Positions 51,152-64,000 of a stretch of 64,000 nt of DNA are shown here, piece by piece (the first letter of the stretch is position 1; every line of letters starts with the position of its first letter). The stretch comes from Takakia lepidozioides (taxonomy: Eukaryota; Plantae; Bryophyta). The stretch covers positions 13,578,001 to 13,642,000 of the forward strand of contig CM060731.1 of the NCBI GenBank assembly GCA_030704615.1, in the 5' to 3' direction. The notes beneath the pieces are model-generated. The model did not search any database, had not been told where the DNA came from, and was given only the letters and a program-made list of their open reading frames with translations. The position numbers and the translations under genes were made by a program.

Positions 51152-51497
51152 TTTTTTATTTTCTAAGGCAAACACTCGGCCCAAGAGACCGATCAGGGCC
51201 TTTCATATAACCTGACCATGAGGCACACGGCTCATGGGACACCGCCAAGGAGCCGACAAGGTAGGAGGATTTGAACCCAGACTCACCTGGGTGGCACTCG
51301 GTGCTACACTGCTCTATCCAACTGGTGGTTTACTTGAGCAGGTAGCCCAGTGGTTGGGTGTTTGTGCCTTGCCGGTGCATAACCTAGGTGATCCTGGGTT
51401 CAATCCTTCACCATCTTCCTTCAGACCGTCCATTGGGCCCTCGATGGCCTGTGTGATTCACTGGACGTTAAAGAAACTTTATCTTTATCTCTCTCTC
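51152..51497. mobile_element. Two head-to-head tRNA-derived SINE-like units
   Basis: Plus unit: A-box TAGCCCAGTGG (51343-51353), B-box GGTTCAATCC (51397-51406) and a TTTATC tail. Minus unit: D-arm-like CAGTTGGATAGAGCA, B-box GGTTCAAATCC (51277-51267) and an A-rich tail near 51152-51162. Confidence 0.6.
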
Positions 51498-52124
51498 TTG
51501 GAAATTGTGGGTTTCTTTTTTTTTTCACTAGTACCGTACTAAAAATGACGGATGACGGTCCGTCAAATTCAAGATACAATTTCAATTGTTTTAAAGCAAA
51601 ACAATTGAAATACTGATTCCATCACATACGTCCAAACACTTGCCACTGGCAGTATCCGGCGGAGTCGCTTGAGCCGCTGGCTATACCCGGTGGCACTCAC
51701 CGGCAGAGAAAAGCTGACGGGAAAGCGGTGGCTGAGATTTCCCCGGCGGCGACAAATAGAGTGTCGCCACACGAGCAAGGTGCTGTCAAGCCGGGCTACT
51801 GTCTAGCCTGCTTGTCGGTCCCTATAGGCCTAGCTACCCCTGCGATAACTGTGGTTGGTTAGCATAACCGTGCACGGTTATGCTTGGGTTTTTCTTTTTT
51901 CATTTCTTGAATTTAGAGAACAGGGGGATTCATATTCAAAAATTTGGGAGGATTGTAACAACCTTTGATGTGTTTTAATACAAATACACAACGATCGGTA
52001 ACGCATTGATCACGTGTGTGATTACCGATCGGTGCTTGATCATATGTGTATAGAGGTAAAGCAAAGCGGTGAAGCAATGATCGCTAATGCATTGATGTTG
52101 CATTAACATTAGTGGCCTTGCAAC

Positions 52125-52945
52125 CAGTGTTGGGTGGTTCTGGCATTTGTGAAGGAACCTTCGGTTCCGGTTCCACAATTATTTCAAGAGACGGTTCCGG
52201 ATCCGGTTCCGGTTTTTTTTTATTGAGCCGGTTCCGGTCCGGTTCTGGATCCAACTTTTAAACATGGGGGCGGTTCCGGTTACCCGGTTAGTTGCTGATA
52301 AAAACCATCGTTTCCTGTTAGGTTCCGGTTCTATTTTTAAAATATATTTGTTTAATTTAATTAGATTTAAAAATTTTAATCAGTCCTGTAGATTAAATAG
52401 CAGTGTATTCACATATTTGAACTAAAATCCAACGATTTTGTTAGTTTTCACTAACACAAAAAAACAAACAAAAATACTCTAAATAAACTGGTAGAAGAAA
52501 ATGGGTAAAATTTTATGGGTTGAAAGTACTATTCAGCTACCTGGCAAGTATTGGCATCTTCAAACATTTTATTAATGAACTTAGCCAGGATATCATGGAG
52601 CTGGAGATTGAACCCAAGATCTCATGGCGCTGAAGCATTGAACATAGAATCTCATGGCCTTCAAGCATTGAACCCAGGATCTCAGGAGCTTGAGAGCATT
52701 AAATAAGTTTTGCCCTGGGCCCACCAGCCCCACCAAGGGGTCAAGAACGGGAACCTGTTTTAACCCCCCTGCGCCCAGGTTCTCCGGTTCTCACACCCAG
52801 CAGGAACGCGCGGTTCGGTTCTGCGTCGATCCCCATTGGCAAGTTCCGGTTCCGGGTCAGGTTCTGTAAGAATGGGCCGGTTCCGGTTAACCTGAACGTG
52901 AACCGGCGGTTAACCCGGGTCCCGGCGGGTAACCGCCCAACACTG
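52125..52945. mobile_element. hAT-type MITE, family B copy 2 (inverted relative to 38320-39302)
   Basis: 15-bp TIR CAGTGTTGGG(T/C)GGTT with one mismatch and TSD CTTGCAAC/GTTGCAAC (7/8). The left ~130 bp aligns with the reverse complement of 39170-39302. Confidence 0.88.
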
Positions 52946-53997
52946 GTTGCAACGTTCTTTAATTCAATCTTCGATAATTTAGTCATTGTTTTGTAACAAC
53001 AAAAAAGTCTCGTTGTCCACTAACTAACTGAGAAAACCAAACCCCGGATATGAGGAATGAGGATGGGATCTTGTTTGTCGGTGTAGTCGTATAGTAAGGG
53101 AAGGTAGGCCCAACGTATGAATCAATAATTTGTTGGCTTCTGCCAACCAAGACACAAATTGTGTGGCTTACAGTTCCAATTGACTTTATGGTTCACAATG
53201 ACGTTCCTCTACTATAGAAATGTCGGTCGCATTGTACGGAGGCTCAACATAAGCGCACTCGACCGAGAATTCCATGACTACTGATTATCAAATGGTAAAC
53301 AACTCTCCGAAGTACCAACAATAATTAATTCTTTTTTCTCCCGAAGTAATATGCAACATAGCACTCAGGATACCTTACTAGGTACTTGCATGGGATCCTT
53401 CTTCCATCTAATTTCTTTTATACTGTGGCTCAATTTGTAAACGACTAGTGACATGTGAGTGTCTTCCACATAATTCCTTTTATACTATTGCGGCTCAATT
53501 TGTAAACGAGTGTGTGAATAGTGCCCTTTAACACGCATTTTTGTCATTTGCTTTTCGGAGACACTTTTGTTTGTTTCTACTTGATGCTTGTGGATTGTCT
53601 TTTGTATCATTCATACCTGTCTGTTCCAAGGACCTCCAACCATCCGTTTTCAACTCCTAATTTTCTCATGTTGAGGATCTCCATCAACCTCCTTCCAGAT
53701 GGAAAGTAGACACCATCATAATAAACAGACAAGAAAATTTGGTGAAACTGGTAATGGGATACTTGGCGGCGTTTACAGCCACAATATGTGGATGAAAAGC
53801 AAAGCTATTCATTCATCTACTCGTGAGTGTGGTCCAACATTGCAGATCCGGATGGAGGTCCCAACGCAATTTCGTTTCCGCAAATTGGATCACTCGCAAG
53901 GCGACTGATGATGTTCGGAACAAGAAATCGGGCACATAGTCCCATACAAGAGGTTTGATAGGTCCCCACCTTGAAAAAGTTATGGAAGAACCGTTAC

Positions 53998-54300
53998 GGC
54001 GTGTGCATCGCAAAGCAAAAAATGGTCATCCACCCGACATCCTTCGCTTTCTGTTGAGAGGAGGTCGCATCTCCGCCGGCACGAATTTATTCAGATCTTC
54101 CATAGGGATAAGCCACAACCACAAACAGTTCAATTTGTGTGTTTCTTGGCGTGCGCATCGCAGCGCAAAAAATGGTCATCCACACGACATCCTTCACCTT
54201 TCTGTTGAGAGGAGGTCGCATCTCCGCCGGCACGAATTTATTCGGATCTTCCATAGGGATAAGCAACAACCACAAAGAGTTCAATTTGTGTGTTTCTTTG
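53998..54300. repeat. Two-copy ~151-bp tandem repeat
   Basis: gcgtg.gcatcgca..gcaaaaaatggtcatccac...aggaggtcgcatctccgccggcacgaatttattc...ttcaatttgtgtgtttctt at ~53999 and ~54149. Confidence 0.9.
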
Positions 54301-56571
54301 CTTGTGCCTCCTTCCAAAATTGGAGAATCTCAGCCAATTCGATTAGTAGTAGTGCGCAATTAGCCGCATTAGTTAAGACGCACAAACGGTCAAGCTTGAC
54401 AAACAGAAGGGGAGTTAAGTTAGTCAGTAAGCACATGAACACTGTGGATATGTGAACCCCACAATTTCTCTGATTTCGAAGAATGCTGTTGATGTTCGAT
54501 ATCACTTTGTCTTGCGGCTGGGCTCTAGCATGTGTTCTGCTTTGACTCTGAGCTGATGCTTGGATTTGGCTTTGCCCTTCGCCGATCCTTCAACTTTCAC
54601 TGTATGTACGGAACTTTGCACATTTCTTACATATCTATCTTTGTGTGTTACAAGTTACGACGTTGTTATGTAGGAGTCATCCATTGGGAGTGTTCCCATT
54701 CATCAATTAGTACGGCTGCAGACAGATCATACCACGACTAGCTCAAAATTGGTGCAGCTTGCAAGGAAAGAAAAGAACCACCCGCCCCAAGGGCCACCCC
54801 AGGGCCAAGGCATACGCGAGCACTTGGCGCAACTCCTTCAAGCTTTCAAATGCATTTGGAATGAGCGGCTTGCTACATGACCCCGCCGACTAATTTTCTC
54901 CGCAAAACGATCACTCCAATTTGGGGTGTGGGAGGCCTGGGCGACCTATTCGCGAAAGGTTGTTGTGTAACATCAACAAACCGGCCCAAAAAAAAAAAAA
55001 ACGGCCCAATACATTGTTGGAAGCTTTCGCTAGCGCAAGCTCTTGATCAATTGGGTGACATTATCTCTCGCCGCAGCGGAAATTTGTGGACACAAGTTAG
55101 TGGTGCCACTTTCTCGCCCAAATATACATGTGACATGTTTGGCTCATAGGTGGATCCGGAAAGGTGTCGGAAAGGCCTTCCCAGGCTCGGAGGGCACGAA
55201 TAAACGAGGGTCAGATACCGGCCGATCATTGCCCTCCTCCCTCCTTTTTTCCTTTTGTCCCTTTTAACTGGCATTTCTTTGGGCCATCAATGTGAGACTT
55301 ACCTTCTGTTCCCTTCCATCAGTGCCGCATCCACCCCGCATGGACAGACCTGCCTACATCCATCCCTCAGACTGCCAACTGGGTCCTCCACACGCCTGCG
55401 CCCCGCTCCCGAACATCTGACGGCCGGGATGTCCCTTCCCGGCCAGCCGGCACCGGCAATCAATCAAATGCTGCCAAGCCGGGGCCGGCGGACGTCTCGT
55501 GTGCGGGAGAGACCATTATCACCGGCACGGCAGTTAACACGCGTTTTTTATTTAGAATAAATAATTGAAATTAATCGGCAATTCTCTGAAACAGTAAAGT
55601 CGGCCTTGGATGGACAGGAACGAATGAATGAACTTTATGACCCGTACCGCCTTTATGACGCCTATCCAGTCGCGGATATCATCCACACACTCTCTGGACT
55701 CTGTCACTCCTTCATCCCTCGTCATTGGACGGATGAACAACATTAGTTAATGCTCGCGGAAAACGAGCCCCCGCATTTGGGCGATCACAAATTTAGAAAC
55801 TGCCGCCGGCGACGGCGACGCCGATGTCCGTCGAGGGAGAAAACGGACAGCCGTTTTCCACGTCGACGGCGGAATCTTGTTAGCGTCGGTGCCGGAGACT
55901 CAGTCATCATTAACTCAATCCACTTAAATACGCTTGCTCTCAGTTACCCAGACAATCTCGCTAACCTCACGGCCGATCGCGGCACTTGGATCGATCCCGG
56001 CACCGAATCTTGGCCGCTCGTAGAAAGGTGTGCAGGCCGTCAGAGTGGGAGACTTGGTCTCTTTATACGAAACCTTCTATAGCCGCCCGCGTGGTGCGGC
56101 GTCGACCGTCGGATCCCGAAGCCGGTGCATCGTGGCCCCAGGTGGAAAAAGACAAAGATTCTGCGTAGTTGACATTGATGAGCAGACGACAAGCGTTGAG
56201 CAGTCTTCAATGCGAACCAGGCTGGCACATTCCGCACCCGCAAACTTGTATAATATATCTCTCGTAGAATGTCTCAAAATTATTACGGTACCGAGAAATT
56301 GTTTTTAGTGTGTAATCGGACAGTGCGCCCCGCTCATTTAATATCACAATATATTACAAAAGCCTGCTACCATCACTTATTATACATCTCAGGTTTTACT
56401 CCCTCTCGGTTAATCATTCCGTTTATTTTTTATTCATTTATCTATTTACTTATTTATGGGCATGCATTTTGCATGCCAATCACTGCCTGTCAAATGGTTG
56501 GGTAAGAAAATAATGATAAGCAAGCAGAAGCCAACACTGTAATTCCATGCACAGGCATCGATTGCTATGTC

Positions 56572-56800
56572 GCGCTTCGTCCCATCACCATCAACAACAC
56601 ATAGTAATGGGTTCCGTCGCAACCGAGATGAAGTTCGTCAATTATAAGCGCTTCATCCCATCACCATCAACAACACATAGTCATGGTTCCGCCGCAACCG
56701 AGAGGATGTTCGTCAATTATAAGCGCTTCGTCTCGTCACCATCAACAACACATAGTAATGGAACCGTCGCGATCGAGACGAAGTTCGTCAATTGTAAGCG
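56572..56800. repeat. Three-copy ~75-bp tandem repeat
   Basis: Units starting at 56581, 56657 and 56732 share tcaccatcaacaacacatagt.atgg..ccg.cgc..cgaga.ga.gttcgtcaatt.taagcg. Confidence 0.9.
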
Positions 56801-59551
56801 GCAGCATGGGATTTGTGAGGGCAAGGAGATGAATGGGACAACATCCAGCAGTGAATGATTAGTATCATCCTTTCAATCAAACTCATCCCAAGAATTTGGA
56901 GTTCACCTAACCAAAAGTAGGGGAGTGAATGCCGGGTGCTGAACCAGAGGCATGGGTTGAGTTAAAGTCGCTGCCAGTAGCGTGTACGTCAAGCGTACTG
57001 CCGTAGAGGTAAGTATGTGACAACAAGCAGGCGTGTATCGCAAGGCGTCAGATCATACGCCTTCCTCTAATTCCTCACTAACCCTCCTTCGCTCTCGCTC
57101 TCGATTGTCCGTGTATCGACTAATTCACGCGCTCAACCCCACTAATGCGGATGTAATGGCGACAGCAATCGAGAAATAAAATAAAGAGGCGCAGTGATGG
57201 TGGGCAAGTTCTGTGGGCAAGCAGTTTTGTGGATGGGAGCTCGGAAGGGTGTCCGGAGGCGGGGGATGATGATTGACGATGATGATGATGACAACAATAG
57301 TTCATAAATGTGTACGCAGATAGTTGTTTTTTGACGCTGTGCGGGCGAGGTGGGTGTGTGGAGCCACTTACATGCCGGACACTCCCCATCAACATCGCGT
57401 GCGCGCACACATCCTTCTCGAGACAAAAATATTTCATTTCCCTGGTGTTATGAAAGCTTATTGTTCTGTGTAGTGTCGTCACGTGGGTCCTCGGTGGCCC
57501 GATTTTTTTTTTTCTCCCTCTGTAGGACATGCAAAACTTGAAGCGAAGTTAGCTCTAGGTGGGTTGGGTACTTGGATTTGCTTGCATCGATGGCTGATGC
57601 ATAGCTACACAAGTAGGAAGACAAGGGGATACAATACAATACAATACAATGGGTGGTAGGCATTCTCCAAGTCAATTCTCTGCTGCTACTATGTAGGACT
57701 CATCACTGACATGAGGTTTTTGTCGGTGTGGCTTTAGAGGCATTCTGACACTGCAACAAACTCTAATCACGCCCGATCTCAACGATAACCACGTACTTAA
57801 ACGAGATTACGGGATTCGTTTGGGCAGAGGTTGTGTCTGCGGCTTTTACTGATCAGATCGCTTTCACACGAAGTGGAACTAGGTAGTATGTAGCACTTGG
57901 TAATCGACGTCAACTTAGGCGTGCTATGATGTGTAGCTTTGAACTTTGAAAAAAGGCTGCAAGGGACGGTGAGGCTCATCATCATCATATTTGGGTCAGT
58001 CTGTCGCTGCCTCCACTTTTTGTAAGGACTTGAGAGCTATTGACAAACAAACTTTTGTTTCCTGAGATTTCTCATTTGGCCCCCCCACTTTTCACTTCCC
58101 GTCTGCTCAATGTTCAATCCCCCCAAAACATCCACATATCCAGACTGTTTTTTGGTCCCTGACCCCAAGGGCAGGATCTAAGCTGGCCTGCCACTCCCTT
58201 AAATCAGGGACGCCCATCCCCTTCAATTACTCTCGAAACACCCCCACGTCAATCAAATCCCACCATCCATAACCTCTGCTCCATTCGATCACTTCTCCGG
58301 CCCTCCGAACTAAATTCTCGTGGATTATAAGAACATCTCGTCATTCCCCGAGTCATTGATGTGTAGAATGTTTAAATCAGACACACCAATTTGTACAAAG
58401 GCACAGCTTCGTTAATCGATTCGTTAAGTAATCACGCACAGAGTTGCAAAATGGGTCGGTGCGGAATCTGCAGGAGCATAAATGCATGGCTTCCAGGAAT
58501 GCTAGCTCTTTCAACTTCTCATCAATACCCCTCCACACTTGACTTCTGTATGTCCGTGGCCACTCTTCACACCGTCCGATCTCTGATCCACGGCCGCAGT
58601 GATGTCATCGAGAATAGAACAGTATCCGCAAGTACAAGCTCGATAACCCGCGGCCATAGGGACAGATAGGTAATTACTAGTCTGGTTAATTACGGATGGA
58701 AGTAGAGCATGCGAGAGGAGGATCCACGGCGGGGGGAGAGGAGGGCCAGATGGCGGAGGGAGGGCCGTGGGATGAGCCCGGCTGGCAAGCGCTTTGAAGG
58801 CGCCCGGGCAGGGGCGGGCAGGGGAACAAACAAGGCGGCTCACGAGCGGGTGTACTGACTTGCGCCCCGCGATTTTCGAGGCGCTGCCCGAGGGCGTGCG
58901 GGTTGTGTCGCGCGAGGGTGCGAGAGCTCGTGCACAAATTTCACAGCGCTGGATTTTATCCAGGTGTGCAGGCGGGGCAAGTTGGGGCAGTGGCAGAGAG
59001 CGCGCGCTGATGATGAGCAGCAGCGAGGAGGCGAGGGCGCATTACAAATTGGGGCAGCGAGCGGCCTGTTCATGCATCTCCTGCGCTGGTGTGCCCCCAC
59101 CGTCCCTGCCTGCCATCTGAGCACAAGGTCTCTGCCTTGCAGGAGAGGCAGGCTTGCGTTGGCAGCTTGCGCGCAGCACTGGTGTATAGCCTGGTATTGG
59201 CTGTCTGGAAGGGCAGTCTGACCGCATTCACCTGCCGCTACTGTACAAAGCTTTCGCTTTCGTTAGACCTCCAGTGGTGTGTCTGAGAGTGCGCACACTT
59301 GGAAGCAATTGTGTTGATCATCACATCTGCGCCCGGAGTGTGAGAGGGGGTGCCGACTCTGCCGAGTGCCGGCCGCTCCTGTGCGTCATCCAGTCTTAGC
59401 GGGCGGATGTGTAGGGATGTCCAGCAGGTTGTGAGAGTACATGATCCCCATGGAGGGTTCTGACTGTTACAAGAAGTGGCGGAAGTGCAATGTGTTCTGC
59501 TTGGGGGATGAGTGGGGATGCTGAGGGAGAGTGGTAAGTAGCAGCCGGAGG

Positions 59552-61518
59552 ATGATGGCTACCAATAACATGAGAGGCTTTTCTGGCACCAATATGATGC
59601 TGATGCGAAACGAGAGCAGCCAAACCGATACATTGGTGGCCATGCTTGCGTCCTGCTCCCCCGTTGCCCTTCAAGGTGAGTGAATCCTTGCAAAACGGAG
59701 ATGTTAGAGGCTGGAACAGTCACGTGAAGTACATATGGTATGGTTGCCTGGATGTTCACAGCTCTGATCATTACCTGTTTTTGGTAATTTAGGATTAGAA
59801 ATGAAATTCTCGCCTGCTTGATTTTCGACTGGACTTCAGAAGACGTTAAGAACTTGTCTTGTGCATACAAGGAACGCTCACATAACGCTTCGTTTGTAGT
59901 GCCAACTGCACGTTCATGAAAGTTCCTAATGTTTGGACCACACAGATTAGTCAACCGACTTGAAGAACGTATCTCTTAACAGCACTTAGACAGGCTGGCA
60001 AAGCATTAGATACTTGAAAATCTTACGTACTTAAGCTGGTACTGACCCGAAGTAGAAAATCCTTTCCTATTAGTGAATGAGAGGCCCTGAACCTTACATT
60101 GCCGTGGTTTTAAAACGGCACTGGCTACATCGAAATCACGTTTGTCAAGCAACATGCTGGTGGCCACTGATCTCTCATGAATGAGTAGTATGATGTTGTC
60201 TTTCTCCCTCTATCTATCTTACAGATTGATCTGACCAACGGTCAATTGATGTCACGTGCAGTGTCTCGATCAGTCGGAGGTTTGGAAGATGCAGTGGTTG
60301 GCTGTGGTCAAAAGCGCTCTTTCTATCCCGCATTTGATCCTTCCGGTGAAGAGGGAGGCGATGAGGATGCCGCAGACGATTGCACTCATAATGTGGAGAA
60401 GAAAAGGAGGCTCACATTTGATCAAGTGAGATCGCTTGAAAGAAATTTCGAGCTCGAGAACAAACTGGAGCCTGAGAGGAAAATGCTACTCGCCAAAGAG
60501 TTAGGACTCCAGCCCCGGCAAGTCGCAGTGTGGTTTCAGAACCGGCGTGCTCGCTGGAAAACCAAACAGTTGGAGAGGGATTATGAGGTGTTGACAGTTG
60601 ATTACAACCGGTTGAAGGCTGATTTCGATGCAGTCCTTCAAGAGAAAGAGAGGCTCAAGGCCGAGGTAATAATTCATTGCCTTTCCGATGTGCATGATCT
60701 AAGGACATTCAAATGAGCATTACAGCTGGCTTACATTGCTTTGGTTAAAAGCCTCTTAATACTGCCTGAATTAGTTCGAGGACTGATGGTAAACTGACCA
60801 GTGCCTGGATCATGGGCGACTCTTTACATGGAGATCCCCGAAACTCCGTATTACTCCGGACGCACTGTGCTGCGTTCAAGAAGATCGGTCTATCTAGAGC
60901 TCTTCTTCTTTCCGTTTGAGTTGCACATTCTTGTGAACCGCTTACTAATGTCCAATGTTATATATCTTCCTTGAACAGGTCCAGCGGCTTGCAGGGAAAC
61001 TGCAGGGAGAGGAGATCACGCCGGAGTTAGAGGCTGTCGAACCCTCTGTGTCTGGGAAGAGTGAGACGACTACACATCCTTCTCAAAAGCAAGCAGAGGT
61101 TTCTATGAAGTCGGATAGGGTCCAGGCTGATCTTGACACTAATAAAGACTCTCAGTCAAGAGCTTCCCCTACTGTCGATGTCTCTTCGAATCTCAAAGAG
61201 AAGGAGCAATCAGCAAGTTCAGATAGCAATTCTGAAAGTGAGATTTTGGATGCGGACAGTCCCCGTACCATAGACAGCGCCAATCTTCCCCTCATGACGA
61301 TAGGCAAAATGGTTGACTGCTCCCAGTTTTCCACAGACAATTTTGTGGACCATAATCTCTTACATGTTGCCGAGGAACTCTGTGGACGTGACCTCTCTTC
61401 ACCATTGTACCAGCGCACGGTCAAGCACGAGGTTGGCACATTTCAGGAGGAGCCTTGTGCTTATTTTCTGCCACAATTGGATGAGCAAGGAGTTATGCCC
61501 TGGTGGGATTGGGCGTGA
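59552..61518 (+). CDS. Class I homeodomain-leucine zipper (HD-Zip I) transcription factor, 3 coding exons
   Basis: Exon 1 59552-59675 (MMATNN...CSPVALQ, donor GTGAGT). Exon 2 60262-60665 ([62 protein letters not shown], zipper). Exon 3 60979-61518, ending in the AHA-like PWWDWA. Confidence 0.93.
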
Positions 61519-62134
61519 CCATCTGTACCAATAGTTGAGGACAACCTTTGGGAGGAGATTTTTTTTCTAGCTGGTCGAAAATCTGGCTGGCTGCAATCTC
61601 AACCCGTTACAAGATTCAAAAGAAGTCGGTTTCGCAATCGGGACATTGTCGTCATGAGCTCTCTCCCAGAGGTTGCTTGTTTTTCCTCGCGCCGGTTCTT
61701 CCAAAAACAGGTTGAGAGTGTCTCCAAAGGATCGTGGGAGTGGGATTAGTTTTAGCAGGGAGAGGGAATCGGGTCTTGCTGTTACATGTCATTTTGATTA
61801 TTCTATATTGGGAATGCAAAATGATGTAACATCAGGCTGAGTAGTCGTTCAGAAAACCAGCCTTAAGTATACCTAAGAATAATCGGACATCCACCTTGGC
61901 TAATCAAAGGATCGTGCAACTTGCTGGATGTTGTATAGAACTGTCCAGATGCGGATTCCTGCTATTGGCGGAGCTCGATGGAGACCATCTGTGTATAAAC
62001 ATGAAATAAGCTCTTGAGCCTTGCGTTTGACATGTAAATGTGCTTCTTTGGAAGCCTCTGTGCAGTAAATTTCTCTTCAATAAAGTTCCCTGTTTGCATG
62101 AATTCGTAAGCTCGCATTGGAGTCACCTTGTGTG

Positions 62135-64000
62135 CTATGTACACAGTTGTTGGATTTCTGTAATATTTATAGAATTGTGACTCCGATTTTTGGCTGTCCG
62201 AGACTCGACATGTTGCTTCTGACTTTCAAGAGAACAGATCTGTCTATCTTCTAGATGGCAGTTTCTGTACATAATATGTAGGGGCTTGACTCTGATGATT
62301 GATGATTTCTCAGCAAGAGTTCGACTGAAATTAACATGTGAGGAACCTGCTGCTTCGATGCGGTATGGAAAAGTTGCAGACAAACTCTCGAACTGAGGCC
62401 TCCAAAAGTGTGTGACTCCGACATCTTGAGTGCACAACTTACAGAAAATGTACATGTAGGTAGTCTGGATCACACCTCCTTGCACACTTATGCTTTTCGT
62501 GATCAGGTGAAGTCCAAGTAGAGTCCGTTCAATTGAACCTCTGAGAGTTATCTTGACATTCGATCGATGTAGTCGGGTTGTAGGCATTGCCATGATATAT
62601 AGAACCTTTGTCTTTCAACGGCTCAAGATTGTCGATGCAAGCCCCACTCCATGCATTTGTTTTCTAGGCTGATTCATGAACCAGTATTGATACTAGCTCT
62701 TCTTCTTACTTTCGTTCTTTATGTCATGCACCACATATCAATTGACATCCTCTTACCAGAAATCTGCTCTTGCAGCGAGAAGCTGTACATGCAGTAGCCA
62801 AATTTACCCCTCAAGGTATGCGTTTTCCTCCCCTGAAAGTTGAATGTGAATATTAATAAGGTCCACATTCGCATACTATAACTACAATGTGTTGCAAATT
62901 CAGTTTAAATTTTCCTGTGTACGAGACAAGTTTGCACAAGTTATGAAGATTTGAGACAGCTCTGGACAGCCATGCTCCACCCTCACAAAGCCGCCCTCTG
63001 TCCACTGAAGAAACCCGACATCTGTAGTCTGTCAGTATTCTGTCGACCGCCTAACTCTGCATGTGTATTCAATTGGGATAACAGGGCCCACCTCCAAAAG
63101 GGCCAAAAAAAAGGAGAAGCACTTTGGCTCTTAGTTACGCAAGCTTCAGCCGGAGTCTTTTCTTCGGTTGGAAAATTCCTACTTACGTTCTCCAGTCTTC
63201 GAGTATTCTGGTCTTTCGAAAGCATTACAAAGTGACTCAGTTGCTTGAGTTCTTCACAGTTCACTAATTTTTTGCCAGTTGTCTGGACCTCCTCGTCCGA
63301 ACCAACGAGCCGCCTGTAGTCTGCTCAGGTTTCCCTTCGGAGAAGAAAAGCCAGCTAAGTTTAACCGGAGGGAGAGAATCCGAATATCAAGGTGAGCATA
63401 TTCACCCGCAAGTTACAGCCTCTCAGGGTGAAGACTCGTAGCCCGTGACAAGTTGGCATAGTGTTCTCTAGCCCACAAAAGAATTCCAAGCTACTGTCAC
63501 GGCCCGTGTTGCCGGTCAGAAAAGATTCTCGGTTCTCTTGGATACCTAAGACGTAAAAGGCCTCTCGGAGGGCAATTTGTTTTGGATCTCATTGGATCCA
63601 CCGGGACTGATGGCAACGGTCTCGAACCAGCCACGCTTTGGATTTCTTCATGACGGTGATTGACAGCCCTTTGATGACCCAGCAGCCAACTTTAACCGAC
63701 AGTGCAGCAATTATATTTGTTGACTCACGAATCGTCAAACCAAGGCTCTCCAACAGAAGTTTGACAACAATCCGCACCGGCCCCTCTCCCATCCGTCGGA
63801 CTGGGGCTGTTGTCTGCAGTGGTTCCAAGTTCCAACAGCAACAACTTGTAGACTCCAAGGTGAGACTCCTCCGGCTCCCCTGGGCCCTGACCCGCCACAG
63901 ATTAGCATCGGGGTTTGGGCCCAATCTTGTTCAAGTTGCAACTTTGGCTCCTGTCTCCGCAATCTCGTCACAGTTAAGAACGAGAGAGATGCACCTCCTT
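62135..64000 (-). pseudogene. Possible decayed LRR (F-box/RNI-like) coding sequence
   Basis: Scattered LRR-like snippets on the minus strand (TCHGLRVFTLRGCNL, LVNCEELKQL, LLLESLGLTI, LHIMYRNCHL), interrupted by stops and frameshifts. Confidence 0.25.

Noticed and set aside
56572-56800. CRISPR-like array interpretation of the short tandem repeats (also 53998-54300)
   Set aside because: Units are contiguous with no unique spacers, there are no cas genes, and the context is eukaryotic.

Overview
Land-plant nuclear DNA, most likely from a bryophyte (inferred from the HD-Zip I N-terminus and the style of the PLS-DYW gene; no species assigned). It holds three apparently intact genes: a multi-exon ALWAYS EARLY/LIN9-type gene (minus, 22560-35008), a class I HD-Zip gene (plus, 59552-61518) and a PLS-class PPR-DYW C-to-U editing factor (minus). 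The 979-aa PPR ORF appears to be only the last exon. Six upstream exons (46915-45096) add a transit-peptide-like leader and three tandem motifs resembling the PDF motif of OSB organellar ssDNA-binding proteins. Each PDF motif is split by a phase-0 intron at the same position, and the predicted product is a 1281-aa PDFx3-PLS-E-DYW fusion. A scrambled, tandemly amplified relic of the same family lies at 1-1400. The rest is transposon-rich: a decayed CACTA element, a truncated Copia element, three hAT-type MITEs with 8-bp TSDs, tRNA-derived SINE-like units, a LINE RT fragment, an F-box pseudogene and several tandem repeats. All exon models were derived by hand from GT-AG sites and reading-frame phase, with no transcript evidence.
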